A stretch of 63,741 bases of DNA, counting the filler, from Chthonomonadaceae bacterium (GTDB taxonomy: Bacteria > Armatimonadota > Chthonomonadetes > Chthonomonadales > Chthonomonadaceae), in NCBI GenBank assembly GCA_035650735.1. It is 4 parts of 4 records of this genome, joined end to end, with 100 filler letters (N's around TTAATTAATTAA, not from the genome) between each part and the next. Parts side by side here need not be neighbours in the genome. Positions count along the whole stretch, not along the records: positions 13,775 to 30,569 come from DASRGZ010000009.1; positions 30,670 to 57,263 come from DASRGZ010000013.1; 2 more parts are not named here. One strand, given 5' to 3'. How positions within the stretch are numbered: the stretch's first letter is position 1; the number at the start of each line of letters is the position of its first letter. The translations under genes and the position numbers were made by a program. Below are positions 28,948 through 38,943 of this stretch, one piece after another. The notes under the pieces are model-generated. The model saw only the letters and a list, made by a program, of their open reading frames with translations. It did no database searches and was not told the origin of the DNA.

Positions 28948-30381
28948 CTAGGCTTGCGGCGCAACGCCCTTGAAGGTGGGATCGGCGAGGCCGGCCAGTT
29001 GGCTGACGCTGTCGCCGAAGTGATCGACGGGAGCACCGATGCGGGCCAGCATGGCGCGGTAGAGGTTGCAGAGCGGAGTCTTCTTTTCGTAGACCAGATG
29101 GCGTCCGGTCGCCAGTGTGCCGCCGCCCCGCCCGGCCAGCACAATGGGCAGGTTGTAGGGGCTGTGCGCGTTGCCGTCGCGCATCCCGCCGCCGAAGAGC
29201 ACCATCGAGTTGTCCAGCAGCGTGCCCTCGCCCTCCCGGATCGATTTCATCCGCTCCAGCATGTAGGCATACTGCTGAATGTGCCAGATATTGATCCGCT
29301 TGTACTCTTCCAGCTTCCCCTTATCGTTCTCGTGGTGAGAGATCTGGTGGTGCCCGCCGCTAACGCCGGGCAGGAACGCGAAGTTTCTGCCGCTGACCTC
29401 GTTGCCGAACATGAACGTGGCGACGCGCGTGGAATCGGTCCAGAAGGCCAGCACCATGATGTCGAGCATCAGGCGCACCTGCTCGGTATGGTCAATGCCG
29501 CGCTCGCGAATACGCGCCGGGTCCTGATAGTAGTCCTTAATGCGTCCGCCGAGCCGCTCGATCTCTTTGCGCGCCAGGGGGTCGCCGTCATACTCCGCCG
29601 CGCGCCGGGCCGCGTCGAAGGCGATCCGCTTCTCCACCGAGCGCACCGCCTCGAAGTACTCCTCCAGCTTGTGCCGGTCGGCCTGCCCGACCTTCGCCTG
29701 GAGCCGCTTCGCATCTTCCGAAACGAGGTCGAGCACGCTCTGATCCTGCGTGGAAGCACCTTTACCGCGCGCAGCGCGCGACCGAAACAGGCGGTCGAAG
29801 GCAAGCTGCGGGTTGATCTCGCGCGTCACCGGCGTCGTCGGCGTGTTCCAGGAGATATGCGAGCCGTACAGGCTGGTGTACCCGACGTTGGTATCTACAT
29901 AGGTGGTGGGCGGCTCGACGCTCAGTTCCAGCGAGGGCAGCGGGGTCAGGTTGCCGATATGCTGCGCCGCCACCTGATCCATCGAGATGCCGCCGCAGCG
30001 CAGGTCGCTGCCGGTGGTTTTAGTGATGTGGGTGCCGGTCAGGAAAGGCGCCACTTTGACGTAGTGGCCGTCCCCCTCGATGCTCTGCTTGTTCATCAGT
30101 TCTGACAGCACCAGCACCTCGGATTTCACGTTGGCCAGCGGCGCGAGGATGGGCGAAAGCTCGAACTCGCTGCCCACGCCCGTCGGCGTCCAGGCTTGCG
30201 GGTTGACGCCGTTGGGCATGTAGAGCACGGCCATCCGCACAGGCGGCTTCCCTTGCTTGCGTTTCGCGCCTGCGCCGAGCGCCGCGAGCGGCTCCATCGC
30301 CTCCAGCAGCGGCAGGCACATCGACACGCCAATGCCTTTGAGCATAGTTCTGCGCGATATCAGCCAGGCTTCTCGCCCCAT
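28948..30381 (-). CDS. DUF1552 domain protein (Tat-like N-terminus)
   Basis: SRRTMLKGIGVSMCLPLLEAM, YMPNG, SMDQVAA, DSTRVATF, HHQISHH, TLLDNS, NLPIVLAG. Confidence 0.9.
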   Translation of the reverse strand: MGREAWLISRRTMLKGIGVSMCLPLLEAMEPLAALGAGAKRKQGKPPVRMAVLYMPNGVNPQAWTPTGVGSEFELSPILAPLANVKSEVLVLSELMNKQSIEGDGHYVKVAPFLTGTHITKTTGSDLRCGGISMDQVAAQHIGNLTPLPSLELSVEPPTTYVDTNVGYTSLYGSHISWNTPTTPVTREINPQLAFDRLFRSRAARGKGASTQDQSVLDLVSEDAKRLQAKVGQADRHKLEEYFEAVRSVEKRIAFDAARRAAEYDGDPLARKEIERLGGRIKDYYQDPARIRERGIDHTEQVRLMLDIMVLAFWTDSTRVATFMFGNEVSGRNFAFLPGVSGGHHQISHHENDKGKLEEYKRINIWHIQQYAYMLERMKSIREGEGTLLDNSMVLFGGGMRDGNAHSPYNLPIVLAGRGGGTLATGRHLVYEKKTPLCNLYRAMLARIGAPVDHFGDSVSQLAGLADPTFKGVAPQA

Positions 30382-30429
30382 ATCTTCCTCCTCAAACGCT
30401 TTGTTTTGCCTTACCTAACCCCCGGCCCC

Positions 30430-30569
30430 CGGCAGGCTAAACCCTGCCGCTGTGGGGCGCTGCCAGGGTCGGCGCTGCGCTCGCTCGACTGCCAGGGACG
30501 CCGCTCAACGGTTCGCGGCTCTGCCTGGCGATCTCCGCCTAGCCAGGCCCGCTGACTGCCAGGGTCGGG
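30430..30569. repeat. REP-like family B at the contig end
   Basis: CGGCAGGCTAAACCCTGCCGCTGTGG and CTGCCAGGGTCGG. Confidence 0.7.
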
Positions 30570-30669
30570 NNNNNNNNNNNNNNNNNNNNNNNNNNNNNNN
30601 NNNNNNNNNNNNNTTAATTAATTAANNNNNNNNNNNNNNNNNNNNNNNNNNNNNNNNNNNNNNNNNNNN
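30570..30669. other. Artificial contig linker
   Basis: N-run around TTAATTAATTAA. Confidence 0.98.
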
Positions 30670-31269
30670 AACCAGGCCCAGACCATCAACATCTCGTCCT
30701 TTGACCCGACCTGGACGAGCCAGATCGGCGCGGACGTGTTCCAGGTAGAGATCTCTACCGATCGCACTTTCTCCAACCCCAGCCGCATTTTCCGCATCGG
30801 TCCGATCTTCTCGACGGCACCCAATGCGGCGGGCGTGACCCAGCGGCTGCCCAGCACGGTGAACTTGACCACCGCGACGGAGCTGCTTAACGATACGGCC
30901 TTCGCCAATTTCGTGACCAACGCGGCGACGACGAACCCACCCCAGCTCTTCTGGCGCGTGGGCGCCCGCCATGATTCCGACCAGCCCGGCCCGGTCAACT
31001 GGGTCTCGCGCAATCCCAAGGATGCGGATCGCACCTTCCGCTTCGTCTATAGTCCGGTGCAGAGCTTCACGCCCGCGCCCGGACCTCCGGCGCCTCCGGG
31101 CACGCCCGGCAGCCGGGCCGCTGCGATCCTCAATCGCAAGGGCGCTACCCGCGCCGCCGGAACGCCGCTGCCCCTGCCCGGCGACTCGCCCGCCGGACGC
31201 CTCTTCGGACAGAAGCGGGCGCTGACCCTGCGCGATCTGCTGCTGGGGCCGCGCGGAGGACGCCGCTAA
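30670..31269 (+). CDS. C-terminal part of a probable secreted beta-rich protein (5' truncated)
   Basis: Frame open from the contig start (NQAQTINISSFDPTWTSQIGADVFQVEISTD...LFWRVGAR), with FN3/Ig-like pattern. Confidence 0.7.
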   Translation, partial: NQAQTINISSFDPTWTSQIGADVFQVEISTDRTFSNPSRIFRIGPIFSTAPNAAGVTQRLPSTVNLTTATELLNDTAFANFVTNAATTNPPQLFWRVGARHDSDQPGPVNWVSRNPKDADRTFRFVYSPVQSFTPAPGPPAPPGTPGSRAAAILNRKGATRAAGTPLPLPGDSPAGRLFGQKRALTLRDLLLGPRGGRR

Positions 31270-31505
31270 CCGCGTGCCTTCTCCCGTTCGAGAGCGCCCG
31301 ACGCCTCTCGGATAAGCTTTGCGCGCCGCGCCGCCGAGGCCGGCGCGGCGCGCAGAACTTGCCAGGCCCCACCCGACCGTCAAGGCGGGCGGGGACAAAT
31401 ACACAAGCAAACAGACAGATAGTAAATCTATCCGGTGCCGCCCTGCTTGGCCCTGATGGCTCGGCCAGCGGTGATCCCTCCCGACCCGGATAAGGAGCTT
31501 TCACG

Positions 31506-34500
31506 ATGAACCTTCAGCCCAGGCTGCCGCGCTTAGGCCGGATGCTCCTGCTGATCGTTGCCCTTTGCATGGCGCCCACACTACGGGTTGTCGGTCAGCA
31601 GGCACGCCCGACCTTTGTTGCCGGAGAAATCCTTCTTTATATGCAGCCCGGAACGCCTCAGGCCGACGTTCAGGCCGTTGCCGGCCTGGTTCACGCCGAC
31701 GCAACCATCCCACTGCTGCTGGCCGATTGCTATAAAATCGTATTGCCTGCCGACAAGCGCAAGGAGGCCGATACGCTGGATGCGGTGGCCACGCTCAAAC
31801 AGGATGCGCGTGTACGCTGGGTCGGTCCCAATCGTCTCTTTCGGCTGCTTCAGGTTCCCACTTCGGAACCAAATGACCCGCGCTACAAGTCCGGGGAGCA
31901 GTGGAACCTGAAGATGATCAATATGCCGCAGGCGTGGGCGCTGCAGAAGGGCGCGCCCAACACCAATGTGGCCATTATTGATAGCGGCGGCGATCCCCAG
32001 CATGAAGACCTCATCGGCCAGTACGATCCCGGCAGCTTCGATTTCGCCGATAACGATCCCGATATCACCGCGGACGGCACCGGTCCCGAAGCCCAGCACG
32101 GCGTCTTCACCGGCGGCATCATCTGCGCCCTCACCGACAACAACAAGGGCATCGCCGGCATCTGCTGGCAAAACATCAAGCTGGTCATGTGCAAGGCCCA
32201 GAAGAAGGGCACGGACGCGCCGGATAGCGCGGCCATCGTCAATGCGCTTACCTACCTGGCCGCCAACAAGGACAAGTACCATATCGTGGCCTTGAACATG
32301 AGCTTCGGTGGGGGCGGCAATCCCGCCGATACGACCGACCCGCTGTATGTTGCCACCAAAGCCGTTGCCGATGCGGGGATCGTGCCCGTCGCCTCGGCCG
32401 GCAACGACGCCGCCAATAATGCAAGCCAGGTGCCGTCGGGATATCCGTTCGTGATCAGCGTCTCTGCGGTCGGGCCCTCCGGTCGGCTGGCGACCTATTC
32501 CAGTTTCGGCAAGGTCGAGCTCGCCGCGCCCGGCGGCGACATAGACGCCAGTGGCGTCAGTACCGATGGCATCCTGAGCACAGAGAACGGCACGTACCAG
32601 TTTGAGCAGGGCACCTCCGCTGCCGCGCCCCATGTCGCCGCCGTGGCCGGGCTTATGCGCTCGGTGCCCGGCGTCACCGCCCAGGACACCATCTCCGCGC
32701 TGGAGAGCGAGGCCAGGCGGCAGGGACTCGGGCTGAGCACGCTGCCGGATGCCAAATACGGCTTCGGCATTCTGGATGCCTACGCCTCGCTGCTGCGCGT
32801 CTCCGTCCGTGTGGCTGTCCTCGACCCGCCCGGAGTCAACGCCCAGGGCCAATCCAGCGAGCTCAACGGCACGCCGCAGCCGCAGCAGACCCTGCGCCCT
32901 ACCTTCCGCTTCCAACTGGCCAACATCGCCTCCTTCCAGGTTAAGATAGATGGGCAGGTCGTCGAATCGGGCACCATGGATAACGGCAATCTTAGCCTCT
33001 CCGGTCTGCCCGATGTCCAGGCCGGCCTGGAGCCCGGCAGCTCCCCGCCGCGTCTCTTTACCGTGCGCTTGCGCCATAGCCTGGATGCGGGCCAGCATAC
33101 TATCGTCATCACCGGCACCAACCCCGGCGGCAACCGCAGCGTAGACGATACGCGCACCATCACCATCCAGCCGTTTGTGCTCCCAACGGGCCGCTCCTTC
33201 TTCTCGATACCCTACTACGAGTCGGCCGGCGACGTGAATCGCCCGACCAACCAGGACGCGCTGCTTGGCATTCGCGGCTCCGACCCGACCTCGTCCAATA
33301 TTGCTCTCTATCGCTGGGTGCCCTCGCTGAACCGTTATGTCGCCTATCCCTCCAGCGATGCCAATAAGAACCTGGTGACCTTTGACCTGCCGGCAGACCT
33401 GGCGCCGCGCACCGATCAGGACAGCACGCCGCGGCCGCCGCTGGGCCTGGCCTGGTTTGTGGATAATCGCGACACGCCCAAGCCCATCCTGACCTATGGC
33501 CAGGATTTCCCCGACCAGGGCTTCCGTATCCCGCTGCAAAAAGGCTGGAACATGGTCGGCGACCCCTATCATTTCTCGGTGCCCTTCAACTCAGCCCTGA
33601 TCGAGCTGCCCACCGGCAGCCGCATCACCATCCAGGAGGCCGTCAATCAGAACCTAGTGCTGCCCAACATCTACCGCTTTGTGGAGGGCCAGTACGTGTT
33701 CCAAACGCTGCCGGACGGCACCTTCAACCCCTGGGAAGGCCACTGGATCTTCATCAATCCGGGCGGGCCGCACGACCAGATGAACCTGATTCTGTCGCCA
33801 ACGCCGGTCAATAACCTCGCACAGACGGTCAGCAGTGGCAGCAACGCGACCTCGCGCCAGGCGCGCGGAGGGCAGACTACGCGCGCCGCCGTGACAACCA
33901 ATCCCGACGGCACGCCGCGCGTCTCCGGCACCGGCAGCTGGGCGCTGCGACTGGTGGCGCGCACCCACAACCTGATCGATAGCCACAACTTCGTCGGCAT
34001 GACCACCCGCGCCACCGACGGCAATGACCGGACCAAAGTGCCCAAGCCGCCGATGATCGCGCCCTACATCTCGCTTGGCGTCCTGCGGCCCGACCTGCAG
34101 GCGGGTATCTATGCGCAGGATCTGCGCCCGATTGGCGGCGTCAAGACTTGGGATCTGGCCGTCTCCACCGACCAGGCCAGAAGCGATGTGGAGCTGACCT
34201 GGCCCAATATCCAGACCCTGCCGCGCAACTACCGCCTGACGCTCACCGACAAGGTGACCGGCCAGACGGTGGACCTGCGGCGCCAGAGCTCCTACCGGTT
34301 CACCACCGGTGCCAAGGCTGAAACCCGCGCGTTTACGCTAACCGCGCGCCCGACGACCGTTGGCGGAAGGCCGGTCTTCTCCGGCATCTTCATCAACCCC
34401 AACATCTCGCGCGCGGGCGGCCCCCCAACCTATGAGATCGGCTACACGGTCTCCCAGGACGTGCGCGTGGAGGTCTCTATTCTGGCCGCGAACGGCCGGG

Positions 34501-34682
34501 TACTGGCGCATGTGGGTTCGACGCGCGATGTGACCAGCGGTGAGAACCGAGTCATCTGGAACGGTCGTGACGCGGCCGGAAATGCCGTGCCTGCGGGCGT
34601 CTACTCGCTGCAGTTGCGCGCTATCACGTCGGATGGGGAGGTGACCCGAGAGATCCGCCCGTTCCTCAATCCCGGGCGCTGA
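31506..34682 (+). CDS. Secreted S8 subtilisin-like protease with C-terminal module ending in FlgD-Ig-like domain
   Basis: Signal peptide, prodomain, triad IIDSG / QHGVFTGG / GTSAAAPHV, ASAGN; C-terminal WNGRDAAGNAVPAGVY. Confidence 0.92.
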   Translation: MNLQPRLPRLGRMLLLIVALCMAPTLRVVGQQARPTFVAGEILLYMQPGTPQADVQAVAGLVHADATIPLLLADCYKIVLPADKRKEADTLDAVATLKQDARVRWVGPNRLFRLLQVPTSEPNDPRYKSGEQWNLKMINMPQAWALQKGAPNTNVAIIDSGGDPQHEDLIGQYDPGSFDFADNDPDITADGTGPEAQHGVFTGGIICALTDNNKGIAGICWQNIKLVMCKAQKKGTDAPDSAAIVNALTYLAANKDKYHIVALNMSFGGGGNPADTTDPLYVATKAVADAGIVPVASAGNDAANNASQVPSGYPFVISVSAVGPSGRLATYSSFGKVELAAPGGDIDASGVSTDGILSTENGTYQFEQGTSAAAPHVAAVAGLMRSVPGVTAQDTISALESEARRQGLGLSTLPDAKYGFGILDAYASLLRVSVRVAVLDPPGVNAQGQSSELNGTPQPQQTLRPTFRFQLANIASFQVKIDGQVVESGTMDNGNLSLSGLPDVQAGLEPGSSPPRLFTVRLRHSLDAGQHTIVITGTNPGGNRSVDDTRTITIQPFVLPTGRSFFSIPYYESAGDVNRPTNQDALLGIRGSDPTSSNIALYRWVPSLNRYVAYPSSDANKNLVTFDLPADLAPRTDQDSTPRPPLGLAWFVDNRDTPKPILTYGQDFPDQGFRIPLQKGWNMVGDPYHFSVPFNSALIELPTGSRITIQEAVNQNLVLPNIYRFVEGQYVFQTLPDGTFNPWEGHWIFINPGGPHDQMNLILSPTPVNNLAQTVSSGSNATSRQARGGQTTRAAVTTNPDGTPRVSGTGSWALRLVARTHNLIDSHNFVGMTTRATDGNDRTKVPKPPMIAPYISLGVLRPDLQAGIYAQDLRPIGGVKTWDLAVSTDQARSDVELTWPNIQTLPRNYRLTLTDKVTGQTVDLRRQSSYRFTTGAKAETRAFTLTARPTTVGGRPVFSGIFINPNISRAGGPPTYEIGYTVSQDVRVEVSILAANGRVLAHVGSTRDVTSGENRVIWNGRDAAGNAVPAGVYSLQLRAITSDGEVTREIRPFLNPGR

Positions 34683-34723
34683 TCTGAATCCCTCTCAGGC
34701 CAAGGGGCCGAGCCTCTTTCGGT

Positions 34724-34762
34724 CTGCGCCCCTCTTGCCCCAACGGGGCAAGAGGGGCGCAG
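34724..34762 (+). other. Strong hairpin between the two large secreted-protein genes
   Basis: CTGCGCCCCTCTTGCCCC-AAC-GGGGCAAGAGGGGCGCAG; no U-tract. Confidence 0.5.
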
Positions 34763-35010
34763 GCACGGCCTCTCTTCACGGGGTATCTGCTGCCGGGGCC
34801 GCAGGCGATCTCTCTGTGCCGCTCTCGGCAGGGCGCTCCTAGGCAGACGGCGGCGCGCTGCCGTATCCCCCCCAGTTCCTGATGGCCGCAGCAATCGCGC
34901 GCGGACAGGCGACTCCGGCCTGTGTCGCCCTTACGGCTTTTCGCTTTGCGCGTTCTGACAAACCCCCGGTCAGAGACGGCGTCGATCCAACTATAAGGGA
35001 GGATTCTCGA

Positions 35011-37917
35011 ATGGGGTGGCATCCACTTCCTTTTGCCCGTGCCAGAAGCGCGCTCCGTGCCGCGCTGCTTGCAGCTTGCCTTGCGCTGGCAAGTACCTGG
35101 GCGCAGGCGCAAAATAACTACACGGAGACTTCCAACGGCTATCTGACCCTGGATGTGGGCGCGGGCACCAACGTGGCCGGTTTCATCGGCATTAAAACGA
35201 CGGCCAATAACCCGACCGATCCGGGACAGAAAGACCTCATTATTCCGCCCGCGCCGAGGAACGCCGGTTCCATCTCGCTGTTCGGCTCCCGCATCTACGT
35301 GCGTGTGGATGGCGGCTCCCCCAATATCCAGGCGGGCGGCTTCGATTATGTCTTCGGCGACCAGACAACCGGCTTCTGGGCTCTGGCGCCTACCATCGTC
35401 GGCAATCATATCGAGGCTACCTGGGAGACGCTTCCCATCGTCCTCAGCCAGAACAATGGCGGCACCGGTGGGGGTGGCACCGGCGGTGGAGGCACGGGCG
35501 GCGGGACCGGCAACAACAACCAGTTCATCATCACCAACGACATTCAGGTGCATCTGATCGCCTCGTTCGTCCATGACACCGTGCGCTTTGAGTTCCAGAT
35601 CAAAAATAACGAGACCGCTCTTGCCCATAGCGTCGGGTTGGCCTTCGTGCAGGACATCGTCGTCACCTCCACGGGTGGGGACGGCCCGCTGCGCCTATCC
35701 ACCGGCCAGATCCTGCACCGGGAAACCCTGCTGACCGGCTCGGCCATCCCGCCCTATTGGGAGACCTTTACCCAGGCGGCTAACTCGCCGAATATCCTCC
35801 ATACCATTCGCGGCACCGTGCGTCCTCAGTCCAACCTGATAAACGATCCGACGCCGCCGACCCGACTCGCCTATGGACGCACCGTAGAGCTCACTCTCTC
35901 GGCGACGTTCAACAACCTCACCTTCCCGGGTGTCTGGGATTTTCAGCCGGATCCTACCGTCATCCTGGATCGGCCCAACGCAGGCCAGCTTTCCGATGCC
36001 TCGATAGGGCTTTACTGGGATCCGCAGGCGATAGCGCCCAACGCGACGCAGCGCATCATCACCTACCTCGGACAGTCTACGGCGAACAACGACTTCACCC
36101 CGCCGATGTCCCTGAGCGTCAGCGCGCCCAGGGCCCTGACCTATAATCAGGGCGTTGCCACTCCTTCGCCCTTTACGGTCACCGCTTATGTCCAGAACAT
36201 GAGCGATATTCTGGATTTGGGCATAGATATTCCCATCGGCCCGATCAATCTGTTCCTGAACCTGCCTCCGGGCCTGCAGCTGGCCGGCGGCGATACGGCC
36301 AATAAGCAGATCGCCAGCCTCTCTGCCGGCGCCGAAAACTCGGTCTCCTGGAACGTCGCGCCAACGGGCAACGTCACCGGCAAGGTCACCTTCAGCGTCT
36401 CGGCGACCACCAGCAACGCCGCCGGCAAGGTCATCCAGCGCACCATCGAGATCCCGGCGCTGCCCATCCATGACTTCAACACGGGCTTCCAGATGGTCTC
36501 GATGCCCTTTACCTTCGGCGATCAGCGGCCCTCTGCCATCCTGGGCATCAACACCAATCCCGGCGCCAATGACCCGAACGCCAACTTCGACCTGCTGCGC
36601 TGGAATCCGGTCAAAAACCTGTACGAGAACGCCACCACTTTCGTGGTCGGGCAGGCCTATTGGCTGCGTCTGAATAAGGCGCTGACCGCGCAGCCGCTGG
36701 GTGGGCAGCCCTCCCCACTGCCCAATCAGGTCGGGGCAGGCGCGACCCGCTTCACCATCAACTATCCGCAGGGATGGAACCAGATCGGCGATCCCTACGT
36801 CTACAGCATCCCGATCTCGGAGATCCTGGTGCGCGACTTGGGCACGCTGGAAACTGTGGATCTTGCCGGGGCCGCCGATGTCGCGCATCAATGGCTCCTG
36901 CCGGCGATCTTTGTCTATGACCCGGGTCCCAACCCCAAATATCCACCCTCGATGCACGTCGCCCCGGATAATCCCTATGCGATTCTTGACTTCGGCGCGA
37001 CGCTGGATCCCTACCAGGGCTACTGGCTGCGTGTGAACCGGAACAACCTGCTGTTCATCTTCCCGACCGTGGATACGCCGGGCACGGCGGTGACGCGTGC
37101 GGCCCATGTCGGGGCCTCCGTAGGCTTCAGCCAGAGCCCCCCACGGCCTAGCTCCAACAACTGGCGGCTGCGGCTGATCGCGCGCGGCGCCAACACGAGC
37201 GATGGCGCCTTCATCGGGGTGGCGCCCCGCGCCAGCGATGGCCCGGATAATTTCAAGCTCGAAAAGCCCCCGGCCATCGGGCCCCAGATCAACTTCGACA
37301 TCGTCCATGGCGACTGGCCCAATCGCGGCCCATCCTTCGTCCAGGATCTGCGCTCCCCCTCGCTGACCCGCAAGTCCTGGGATCTGGTGGTGCGCTCGCA
37401 GCAGCCCAACGAGGAGATTCAGCTCTCCTGGCCGGACATCGCCGCCAGCGTGCCCCGCGACTATCAGTTGACGCTGGTCGATCTCGATACGAATACGCGC
37501 CGCAGCCTGCGCAATACCTCCTCCTACACGGTCAAGACCGGGGAGAGCGGCACGCGCCGCATCCAGATCGTGGCCGAGCCTACGCGCGGGGCGGGACGGC
37601 TGCGCATCACGAGCCTGGATGTCGTGCCGGCCGGTGGGCGCGCTGCGGGCGTCCCGGCGAGCGTCACGATTAACTACACGCTCTCGCGGGATGCGGATGC
37701 GCGCGTGACCATCCGGGATGCGCGTGGGCGCGCGATCCGCACCATCAACAGCACGCACCGCGCCGCCGGTACGGCCAATGCGGGCAGCGCCATCTGGGAT
37801 CTGCGTGATGACCGTGGGGCCATCATGCCCTCCGGCCTCTATAACATTGAGCTGGAGGCCATCACCTCCGACGGCGAGCGATCCCGCCAGGTGCGGCCTT
37901 ACCTGAGCGTTCGTTAG
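35011..37917 (+). CDS. Large secreted protein sharing the C-terminal module and FlgD-Ig-like domain with the S8 protease
   Basis: RBS GGGAGG, signal peptide ending WAQAQ, Gly-rich linker, GWNQIGDPY, WDLRDDRGAIMPSGLY. Confidence 0.85.
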   Translation: MGWHPLPFARARSALRAALLAACLALASTWAQAQNNYTETSNGYLTLDVGAGTNVAGFIGIKTTANNPTDPGQKDLIIPPAPRNAGSISLFGSRIYVRVDGGSPNIQAGGFDYVFGDQTTGFWALAPTIVGNHIEATWETLPIVLSQNNGGTGGGGTGGGGTGGGTGNNNQFIITNDIQVHLIASFVHDTVRFEFQIKNNETALAHSVGLAFVQDIVVTSTGGDGPLRLSTGQILHRETLLTGSAIPPYWETFTQAANSPNILHTIRGTVRPQSNLINDPTPPTRLAYGRTVELTLSATFNNLTFPGVWDFQPDPTVILDRPNAGQLSDASIGLYWDPQAIAPNATQRIITYLGQSTANNDFTPPMSLSVSAPRALTYNQGVATPSPFTVTAYVQNMSDILDLGIDIPIGPINLFLNLPPGLQLAGGDTANKQIASLSAGAENSVSWNVAPTGNVTGKVTFSVSATTSNAAGKVIQRTIEIPALPIHDFNTGFQMVSMPFTFGDQRPSAILGINTNPGANDPNANFDLLRWNPVKNLYENATTFVVGQAYWLRLNKALTAQPLGGQPSPLPNQVGAGATRFTINYPQGWNQIGDPYVYSIPISEILVRDLGTLETVDLAGAADVAHQWLLPAIFVYDPGPNPKYPPSMHVAPDNPYAILDFGATLDPYQGYWLRVNRNNLLFIFPTVDTPGTAVTRAAHVGASVGFSQSPPRPSSNNWRLRLIARGANTSDGAFIGVAPRASDGPDNFKLEKPPAIGPQINFDIVHGDWPNRGPSFVQDLRSPSLTRKSWDLVVRSQQPNEEIQLSWPDIAASVPRDYQLTLVDLDTNTRRSLRNTSSYTVKTGESGTRRIQIVAEPTRGAGRLRITSLDVVPAGGRAAGVPASVTINYTLSRDADARVTIRDARGRAIRTINSTHRAAGTANAGSAIWDLRDDRGAIMPSGLYNIELEAITSDGERSRQVRPYLSVR

Positions 37918-38015
37918 TTCCTTCAAATAGCTCGCGCAACAGCCTGCTTCCCTGCCCGCTCGTCGGAGAAGGGGAGCAGGCTACCTCCGCATTCTATAGC
38001 AGTAAGGAAATAGCT

Positions 38016-38822
38016 ATGTTGAACCAGCATTACGAGCGGCCCCAACCCCGCTCTCTCCATTCTGCATCGCAGCGCCACGGTTTGGCGCGCGGCGGCGCCC
38101 TGTTGGCGCTAGCCGTGCTGCTGGCTTTGCCCTGCGGCGGGCTGGGTGCCGCGCCCTCCAGAAGCGCCCAGAACAGCAGCCAGCAGTCCTCTTCGGCGCG
38201 CGCCAGATCCAGACAGTCCTCGCGCCGGACTGAGCGCGGCAAGCGCGGCAAAAAGTCCGACATCCCGACGACGGTCGTGCTGCTGTTCCCGCCCGATACC
38301 AAAGGCGGCGTCAGCGATCAGCTCGGCGACGTTATCTCGGATGTCGAAGAGAGCCGCCTACGCGCCACCGGGAACTACAGCGTCATCTATTTCCAAACCG
38401 CGCTGCCCTCCATCCGGCGCGCCCTGCTGGATCATACGATCAACCCCGAAGATGCCCGCCCGCCCTTCGACAACAACGCGAAGGCGACGCGGCTGGCCCA
38501 TCTGCTCAGCTACCCGATGGTGCTGGTGAGCGCTATCGAGTCCTATGAGTATAACGCGCCCAAAAAGACCGTCAGCCTGGTGCTGAGCGGTAGGCTGATG
38601 GACGTTTCCGGCCAGACGACCCGCGTCATTCGGGCCGTGACCATCACCGGCGATAACGCCAAAAGCGGCGCCGCCCCGGATGCCAAAGAGGAGACGATAG
38701 CGTCGCAGGTAGCCCGCGACACGGCGGAGCGCCTGATGAACGACCTGCTCCAGCCTCCCGCCAAACCGGCCCCGGAAGAGAAGTCCAAAGCAACGGGCCA
38801 GACCGGCGCGTCCGGCAAGTAA
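38016..38822 (+). CDS. Exported protein with possible CsgG/TolB-N-like fold
   Basis: Signal-like N-terminus, basic linker, VVLLFP...helix...MVLVSAIESY...VSLVLSGRLMDV pattern. The fold call is tentative. Confidence 0.55.
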   Translation: MLNQHYERPQPRSLHSASQRHGLARGGALLALAVLLALPCGGLGAAPSRSAQNSSQQSSSARARSRQSSRRTERGKRGKKSDIPTTVVLLFPPDTKGGVSDQLGDVISDVEESRLRATGNYSVIYFQTALPSIRRALLDHTINPEDARPPFDNNAKATRLAHLLSYPMVLVSAIESYEYNAPKKTVSLVLSGRLMDVSGQTTRVIRAVTITGDNAKSGAAPDAKEETIASQVARDTAERLMNDLLQPPAKPAPEEKSKATGQTGASGK

Positions 38823-38943
38823 TCCTCTTTACCAGGCTGCGCCCTGTTTCCCTGGCGTGCGCCAGACTGGCTGTGCCTGCCCTTCGGGGCAGGTGAGGAC
38901 GGAAACAAACGAAACAAACGCCAGGAACGGAGTCGATCCGCGT

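Noticed and set aside
35695..37926. Long antisense ORFs (743 aa here; also 31581-33572, 58359-59795, 42651-43865 and others)
   Set aside because: Shadow frames of real GC-rich genes on the opposite strand, with no motifs.
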